The translations under genes were made by a program, and so were the position numbers. From contig JBBAPZ010000004.1 of NCBI GenBank assembly GCA_040400605.1, forward strand, positions 144,821 to 208,820: a stretch of 64,000 nt of DNA, written 5' to 3'. Positions within the stretch are counted from its first letter, which is position 1, and each line of letters starts with the position of its first letter. Below the pieces are notes generated by a model. The model was not told where the DNA came from, did no database searches, and saw only the letters and a list, made by a program, of their open reading frames with translations. This DNA is from Candidatus Sericytochromatia bacterium. Its GTDB lineage: Bacteria > Cyanobacteriota > Sericytochromatia > S15B-MN24 > JAQBPE01. Positions 58,251-64,000 of the stretch are shown here, one piece after another.

Positions 58251-60616
58251 CACTCGTGCCTCCTGTCGGATGGGATATCCTCGCCCCGTAGCCGCTGCCA
58301 AGCCGATCCGGCCGCACGCCACAGTCCTTGGGCCAGTGCACCGAGATCCACCTTATCGACGTTGGTGCGCACTTTGCTCAACAACTCTTGCCTGAGTGGT
58401 TGTCCACTGTCAGACAAAATGAATCCAACGGCAGGGAAGGCCAAGTCAAACACATTTAACTGCTTTTCTACCACCAGGTGACGCAGGGTGCGCCAGACGA
58501 CTTCCACACGGCCATTTGCATTCGTTTGGTCCGCCTGCAGCCATATCACGAGCAAGCGCTGCCAACTTTGAGCTTCGGGGCGGGTGGCCAGGGTAAAAAC
58601 CGTTTCAATCAACGGTGACAGGTTAAGGTGCGGGTGCGTGGCCGCCAAAGACAGCACCGTTGCAAAGTGCCCACTGAGCAGAGCGGAGCGGGCCAACAGG
58701 CGATCGCCCACCTTGAAAAACCATTCCGCACCAGCCGGGGTCTCCAAGAAATCGACAAACCACTCAAGGGCTGGTTGCCAGCGCAAATCCGGATGACCAA
58801 GTGCGATACCAAGTAAACGCGCCACGTCAGCCAACCCCGCATCACTGAGTTCACGACCCTCAAGCAACGCCCAAACGGCGCTTGGCGCGGCGCCTGGCGA
58901 TCGTCGGCCCAAACGCGCCAGCAACCGAGATGTGTAATCAACGCCATCCGCGTGCGCGGCAAAGCGCAAAAACGGCAAAAACAGATCATCGAGTGTCCAG
59001 TTGGGATCCGCTTCCGCCAGCGCAATGTAGCGCGCGACCACCTCGGCATCCATGGCCACGCCACCGCCCCCGTCGAGACACACGAGCAAGCCCTCGCGAA
59101 TCCGTTTTGCATCTGGTGATCCCAAGTACTGCAAAACGGCTTGCGCGACTTCACCGAAGCGAAATGAAGGTTCCCGCGTAGCCGCTCCAAACAGGCGCTG
59201 CAGACGTTCCGGTTTGAAACGCTCACCATCGAAAAGCTCATCGACGAGCTTGTCGCGAATTCGAGCTTTGGCATCGGTCAGCAGGATCTTCGCGGCGTAG
59301 GGCGCGGCAACCTCCAAAAATCGAAAATCAGGCCACAACTGATGGATGATGCCCTCCAACGTGATGATGGTGCGCAAGATGAACGCGATTTTTTCCGGGA
59401 TGCGAAAGGGATATTCATACAACACCTCCGATACGGCGGTGAAAATTTCGCGCATGCTCATCCGTTGTCCGGTTTCACCGTATTGCGCTTCAAAAATGCG
59501 CTTGGCAACAGGGATCAAACGTTGCCGATCCACGCGCGGGGACAGAAACTCAAGCGCGATGAAGTCATCCACCAAGGCTGCGTAATTGCGATGAACGGAA
59601 TGTAAAAAGATGTCAACAATCTTTTCCTGCATCCAGTCACTGAGCTCGCCAACCATCCCAAAGTCGATGTAGACCAAGGTGCCGTCACGCTCGACGAACA
59701 GATTGCCCGGATGAACATCCGCGTGAAAAAAACCGTCCTCCAACAATTGTTTGATGGTTGCGCGTACCCCCACCCGCACCACATCCTGAAATGAAACGCC
59801 TGCTCCTTCGAGTGCGACCAAATCAGTGACCTTGAACCCATCCACGAAATCCATCGTCATCACCCGAGGCGTCGTCAAGGGCCAATGCACGCGCGGTGTG
59901 CGTACACCCGCAAAGGAAGCGAAAGCCTCAGCAAACCGCTCGGCGTGTTGCCCTTCAGCCGTGTAATCACACTGTTCCAGAAAGCTCGCGGCGAACTCGT
60001 CGATGATCGCGCCATATGGCATATGTCGCCCGCTCCAAGGCAAGCGTTCAATGAACCGCGCGACGCGGCGCATGATGGCCAAATCTAGCGCAACAACTGC
60101 CATGAGGCCCGGGCGTTGGACCTTGACCACGACATCGGTACCGTCAGCCAGACGTGCCTTGTACACTTGTCCGATGCTGGCGGCAGCCAATGGGTAAGGA
60201 TTGAACACCGCAAATACGTCGCTGATTGGTCGGCCCAGTTCCGTCTCAATAATCCTGTAGGCCACATCCGAATCAAAGGGCGGCACGCGATCCTGCAAGG
60301 AGGCCATCTCCTGCACATAAGGCAACGGCACGAGGTCGGGGCGGGTCGACAGCATCTGTCCAATTTTGACGAAAGTCGACCCCAACTCGATAAACCGCTC
60401 CTTCAGCCAGGAGGCGCGCCGCCGTTGGCGGCTTGCGCGACGTTCGCCCGCGTAGCGAGCATCCACCCAGAAACCGATGGCAAAACGGGTAAATATCCAC
60501 ACGAAACTTGCGGCGCGGCGGTAGCCGTTCAGGCCGCCAACTTGCGTGCGTGGTGCAAGGGCAAACGCTGCATCGATTGACGCGGTTGAGACAGAGGCGT
60601 TAGGTTTGCTTGACAC
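58250..60616 (-). CDS. ABC1/UbiB/AarF-family atypical kinase with a long C-terminal extension
   Basis: LG.TFVKIGQ.LSTRPD, LQD.VPPF, AAASIGQVYKA, VKVQRP, FFHADVHPGN, IDFGMVG. Confidence 0.93.
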   Translation of the reverse strand: MSSKPNASVSTASIDAAFALAPRTQVGGLNGYRRAASFVWIFTRFAIGFWVDARYAGERRASRQRRRASWLKERFIELGSTFVKIGQMLSTRPDLVPLPYVQEMASLQDRVPPFDSDVAYRIIETELGRPISDVFAVFNPYPLAAASIGQVYKARLADGTDVVVKVQRPGLMAVVALDLAIMRRVARFIERLPWSGRHMPYGAIIDEFAASFLEQCDYTAEGQHAERFAEAFASFAGVRTPRVHWPLTTPRVMTMDFVDGFKVTDLVALEGAGVSFQDVVRVGVRATIKQLLEDGFFHADVHPGNLFVERDGTLVYIDFGMVGELSDWMQEKIVDIFLHSVHRNYAALVDDFIALEFLSPRVDRQRLIPVAKRIFEAQYGETGQRMSMREIFTAVSEVLYEYPFRIPEKIAFILRTIITLEGIIHQLWPDFRFLEVAAPYAAKILLTDAKARIRDKLVDELFDGERFKPERLQRLFGAATREPSFRFGEVAQAVLQYLGSPDAKRIREGLLVCLDGGGGVAMDAEVVARYIALAEADPNWTLDDLFLPFLRFAAHADGVDYTSRLLARLGRRSPGAAPSAVWALLEGRELSDAGLADVARLLGIALGHPDLRWQPALEWFVDFLETPAGAEWFFKVGDRLLARSALLSGHFATVLSLAATHPHLNLSPLIETVFTLATRPEAQSWQRLLVIWLQADQTNANGRVEVVWRTLRHLVVEKQLNVFDLAFPAVGFILSDSGQPLRQELLSKVRTNVDKVDLGALAQGLWRAAGSAWQRLRGEDIPSDRRHE

Positions 60617-60763
60617 TGCCCAATCATGGTCGATTGAGCGGCGAAAGTCCAGTTGAAACCAGTCGAGCGTTTAATGCGTCGTACGATGCAAGCCATTGTG
60701 CACTCGCCAGTTTTAGCCCGCGTACGCTATACTCGCCGTAGAAGGGTTGTCACGGTAACAGCG

Positions 60764-62089
60764 ATGATGGCAAGTAATTTTCGCAGGCGGGCGATCGTGT
60801 TCCTGGGTTCGCTAAAACTGGCGATAGCCCTTCTTTTGCTGATTGCAGCCGCATCCATCATCGGTACGCTGATTCCACAGGACCAAGGGCCCAGTGTTCT
60901 CGAAACCGCGAGTTTTCATCCGCGCCTGATCCAGTTCCTTCTCGCGATTAAGGCCTACGACGTGTACCACGCGGCGTGGTTCGTAGCCCTTCTCACAGCC
61001 CTCTTCGTCAACCTTGCCGTCTGCACTTGGCTGCGATTTCCACCGACTTGGCGCCGATATGGTTTGCAGTGGGTGGCACGCCCCAAGTCAACGGCCGAAC
61101 AGGACCTTCTTCCCCTGCTTGGCGCACCCAATGCCGTGCGGCTCGATATCTTGCGCAAGCGTGGTTTCCGTGTCAGCGAATACGCACCCCAGCAATATTT
61201 TGTTGAGAAAAACAAGTTTGTGCGCCTGGGTCCCACCTTGATTCACATCAGCCTTTTTGCCATCATGGCGGGCGCCATCTGGGGCGGTCTCAGCGGCGTC
61301 AACGCCAGCATCCCCATACAGGTGGGTGAATCCGTTCGAGCTGAAGATATCGTGCGGACCGCCCGGATTCGTGGTCCGCTCAGTCAACCTTTCGCGCCGT
61401 TTGAGCTCAAGCTGGATGCGTTTCGGATCGACTTCCGACCAACGGGACAAGTCAAACAATACTACTCACGTGTGATGCTGACTGCGCCCGATGCGCAAAC
61501 CCAGACGCGTCAAGTGTGGGTGAACGAACCGCTCATTTACCGGGGAGTTTATTTTTACCAGGCGTTTTGGGGAGTGGCAGCGTTAAGTTTGACGCGCAAT
61601 GGGCAAACCGAGCGTCTGTCGATGACGCCAGCGAAGACGGGCGCGTATATGTCCTCGCCGTTCCTGGTGGGCGGCCAGGAGTTTTTGATCTTTTTACGCA
61701 GTTTGGAAGAGCCTGCTTTGCTGGTGTCCACCAAAAATTTCGAGGCCGTGGGGCAGTTGGTTCCCGGCATTGAGACATCCTTGGGTTCGGATCGGTTTGG
61801 GATTGACAGTTATCACCTCTATTCAGGATTTCAGGTCAAGCACGATCCTGGAATTCCCCTGGTTTATTTTGGGTGTGGTTTATTGGTGATGGGATTGTTG
61901 ATGGTGCCGTTTCGTCATCGGGAATTGTGGATCACCCAAGACGGTGACCATTGGGTGTTAATGGGACGAAGCCACAAAGGGCGTGTGATTCTCAAACGGG
62001 AAATGGCTCAACTCGCGCAGGTATGGAATGATCACTGCATTCGCGGGGATGGTGGAGGCTTGAATGGTCGTGAATTGGCCGGAACTTGA
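60764..62089 (+). CDS. ccs1: Cytochrome c biogenesis protein Ccs1/ResB
   Basis: SLKLAI.LLL.IA.ASIIGT.IPQ, VYH..WF, GP.LIH.S, VNEPL.YRG..FYQ, DPGIP.VY.G. Confidence 0.92.
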   Translation: MMASNFRRRAIVFLGSLKLAIALLLLIAAASIIGTLIPQDQGPSVLETASFHPRLIQFLLAIKAYDVYHAAWFVALLTALFVNLAVCTWLRFPPTWRRYGLQWVARPKSTAEQDLLPLLGAPNAVRLDILRKRGFRVSEYAPQQYFVEKNKFVRLGPTLIHISLFAIMAGAIWGGLSGVNASIPIQVGESVRAEDIVRTARIRGPLSQPFAPFELKLDAFRIDFRPTGQVKQYYSRVMLTAPDAQTQTRQVWVNEPLIYRGVYFYQAFWGVAALSLTRNGQTERLSMTPAKTGAYMSSPFLVGGQEFLIFLRSLEEPALLVSTKNFEAVGQLVPGIETSLGSDRFGIDSYHLYSGFQVKHDPGIPLVYFGCGLLVMGLLMVPFRHRELWITQDGDHWVLMGRSHKGRVILKREMAQLAQVWNDHCIRGDGGGLNGRELAGT

Positions 62090-62942
62090 AACTTGGGGTG
62101 CCGTGACGGCGTGCTGGACAACCGGCCTTGCCTTCTTGGCCTTTCTATTTGCCTTGGTGCTGAAGCGTGGGGCAATGACCTGGGTCGGGCGCGGGCTCAT
62201 GGGGGCCGGCTTGGTCGGCGCGCTTGTCACGCTGGTTGCTCGTGGGCTGGTTGCGCAACACGCGCCTTGGTCAAATCTATGGGAGAGCATGGTAACCCTG
62301 CTATTTTGGGTTTTGGTGTTTTACTTCGTGACAGAGATTTGGTACCGCCCGCGACATTTTGGTTTGATTGCTTCTCCTTTGGCATTTCTGACGATTGCGT
62401 CGGCTTCGATGCTGCCGGCCGGATTCAAGGGTGCGGCGCCGTTAATGCCCGCGCTGCAAAGTTATTGGATCAAGATACACGTCGTGATCATCATCAGCAG
62501 TTATGCCGCGTTCACCATGGCTTTTGCGGCGGCTTTGGGCTATTTTTTCTTCCGATGGCGAGCGGGGTCACAGGCATTGGTGTCAGCCGGTGGTCCGGAG
62601 GTGTCGCACGCCGCGGATTTCAACGCGCAATTGGCGTTTTTTGATGAACTGACCTACCGGCTGATTTTGCTTGGTTTTCCCTTGTTAATGGTTGGCATCA
62701 TCACTGGCGCGATGTGGGCCAACAATGCGTGGGGCACCTACTGGAGCTGGGATCCGAAGGAAACATGGTCGCTTATCACCTGGTTTGTGTACGCGGCATA
62801 TCTTCACGCCCGAATCACGCACGACTGGGCTGGCGACAAAGCCTGCGGACTGGCGGTGCTTGGCTTCGTTGCGATGCTGATTACCTACATTGGAGTCAAT
62901 TACCTGTCATCAGGCTTGCACTCGTACGGGTTCATCCGTTGA
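62064..62942 (+). CDS. ccsA: Cytochrome c biogenesis protein CcsA/ResC
   Basis: P.SNLWE, PALQSYW..IHV, WWD motif GAMWANNAWGTYWSWDPKETW, GLHSYG. Confidence 0.96.
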   Translation: MVVNWPELETWGAVTACWTTGLAFLAFLFALVLKRGAMTWVGRGLMGAGLVGALVTLVARGLVAQHAPWSNLWESMVTLLFWVLVFYFVTEIWYRPRHFGLIASPLAFLTIASASMLPAGFKGAAPLMPALQSYWIKIHVVIIISSYAAFTMAFAAALGYFFFRWRAGSQALVSAGGPEVSHAADFNAQLAFFDELTYRLILLGFPLLMVGIITGAMWANNAWGTYWSWDPKETWSLITWFVYAAYLHARITHDWAGDKACGLAVLGFVAMLITYIGVNYLSSGLHSYGFIR

Positions 62943-63737
62943 ACCCTCGCGTGCAACCGCCCAGTAAGCGATGCGTTCGGTGTGCGGGCCAAGCTTTCCA
63001 AAACTGAAGCACGGGTAGGCTGCAATCAGGTCAAAGCCTGCAGCGTCAAGCCAAGATGCGATCGCCTCGGCGTCATAGCCCCTCGCCTGATGTCGAACCG
63101 TCACACGTCGATGGCTGCTGCCGCCTTCCTCCCGGATGTAATAGGTGGCCTCCAAGTGCGCCAAACCCGTTGCAGGCTCGTAGCGCGTGCGCCAAATGCG
63201 CGCATAGTCATCAGCAAGATAGCTGTCATGGCTTTTTCCCCATACCTGAGCCAATGCATAAGGCGTATTCACATCGAAAAAGAAGACCCCCCCGACGCGT
63301 AACTGCGCACGCACCGCCACGAACATCGCTTGAACATCCTGGACTCTCACAAGATGGTTCACGCTGTCAAAGTAACACGTGACGAGATCAAAACACCCAA
63401 GAGGCGCAGGATCTGTCATCAGCCGGTTATGCCACTGCACGGTGACACCCCAGTGCCGGGCCCGCGCACGAGCCCTTTCAAGCATCGCAGGCGATGCATC
63501 GGCGCCTGACAGTTCAAAACGACGCCTGGCAAGCGCGACAGCCGCGGCTCCTGTACCGCAGGCGAGATCCAGCACGCGCCGTGGCGTCATCCGGTGAATC
63601 GCCAAACACTCCATTAAATAAGCCGTCATCCGGAGACTGAAACGACTCTGTCCGCTTTGATCATACACCGCCGCGATCGCCTCGTAAAACGACCACGAAT
63701 CATCGATTCCCCCACAAGCGGAACCATTTACCGCCAT
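62910..63737 (-). CDS. Class I SAM-dependent methyltransferase
   Basis: VLDLACGTG, GADASPAML..A, FDLVTC.FDSVNH, L..GGVFFFDVNT. AAGGAAGG precedes ATG 63737. Confidence 0.92.
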   Translation of the reverse strand: MAVNGSACGGIDDSWSFYEAIAAVYDQSGQSRFSLRMTAYLMECLAIHRMTPRRVLDLACGTGAAAVALARRRFELSGADASPAMLERARARARHWGVTVQWHNRLMTDPAPLGCFDLVTCYFDSVNHLVRVQDVQAMFVAVRAQLRVGGVFFFDVNTPYALAQVWGKSHDSYLADDYARIWRTRYEPATGLAHLEATYYIREEGGSSHRRVTVRHQARGYDAEAIASWLDAAGFDLIAAYPCFSFGKLGPHTERIAYWAVAREGSTDEPVRVQA

Positions 63738-64000
63738 TAATACCTTCCTTGCTACGTATAATTCAACCATCTTTGGGTAAGAATTCTGCGGAATCCCCTG
63801 AGAATACGCAAGTTTTGAGGAAATACACCCGATAATCACCTCGCTTGTTTGTTATGAAAAAATTAAATAATTGTAAAAAAAAATTAAAATTCATCCATTC
63901 ACGCGCAAACGAGAGAAAGGATGCAAAAAACGAAGAATAATACCTGATTTTCGGGGAATATCGGGTTTGGAAGCAATGGGTTTCACCTCTTATCATGGGG

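Noticed and set aside
63780..64000. AT-rich stretch at the window end as an origin or island boundary
   Set aside because: No DnaA-box cluster or att-like repeat seen; it is truncated by the window and is probably a promoter region.

Overview
This is a bacterial chromosomal window of mostly housekeeping and envelope genes. They include leuS, a ribose-type ABC importer, a K+-transport module (APC/KimA-like permease plus two TrkA/RCK proteins), two tandem NupC transporters, an Mla/Mce lipid ABC system with DedA, a CHASE2 class III nucleotidyl cyclase, a glycogen-debranching-type hydrolase, hemW, a PfkB kinase, lnt with lptC/lptA/lptF-G-like genes, a GT2-membrane glycosyltransferase-TonB receptor-SBP operon, an M20 amidohydrolase, proA, an ABC1 kinase and ccs1-ccsA. 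The gene content indicates a diderm with system II cytochrome c maturation. Together with lipoproteins carrying (L/V)xSNNGGG repeats, this is compatible with a non-photosynthetic relative of Cyanobacteria such as Ca. Sericytochromatia (inference only). Four things stand out. (1) A co-directional recJ - degenerate SF1 helicase - stand-alone Fe-S PD-(D/E)XK nuclease - active UvrD-like helicase cluster looks like an AddAB/AdnAB machine split into separate polypeptides, and is flanked on both sides by NHL-repeat gene remnants. (2) There are two families of dispersed intergenic repeats: a ~127-nt imperfect palindrome with G-U-compatible terminal pairing, and a ~115-nt element in five copies. (3) An EF-hand lipoprotein gene is interrupted by a single in-frame TAA. 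(4) There is a pseudo-receiver OmpR regulator. I saw no rRNA, tRNA, CRISPR array, transposase or integrase. All calls come from reading motifs by eye; no database searches were run.
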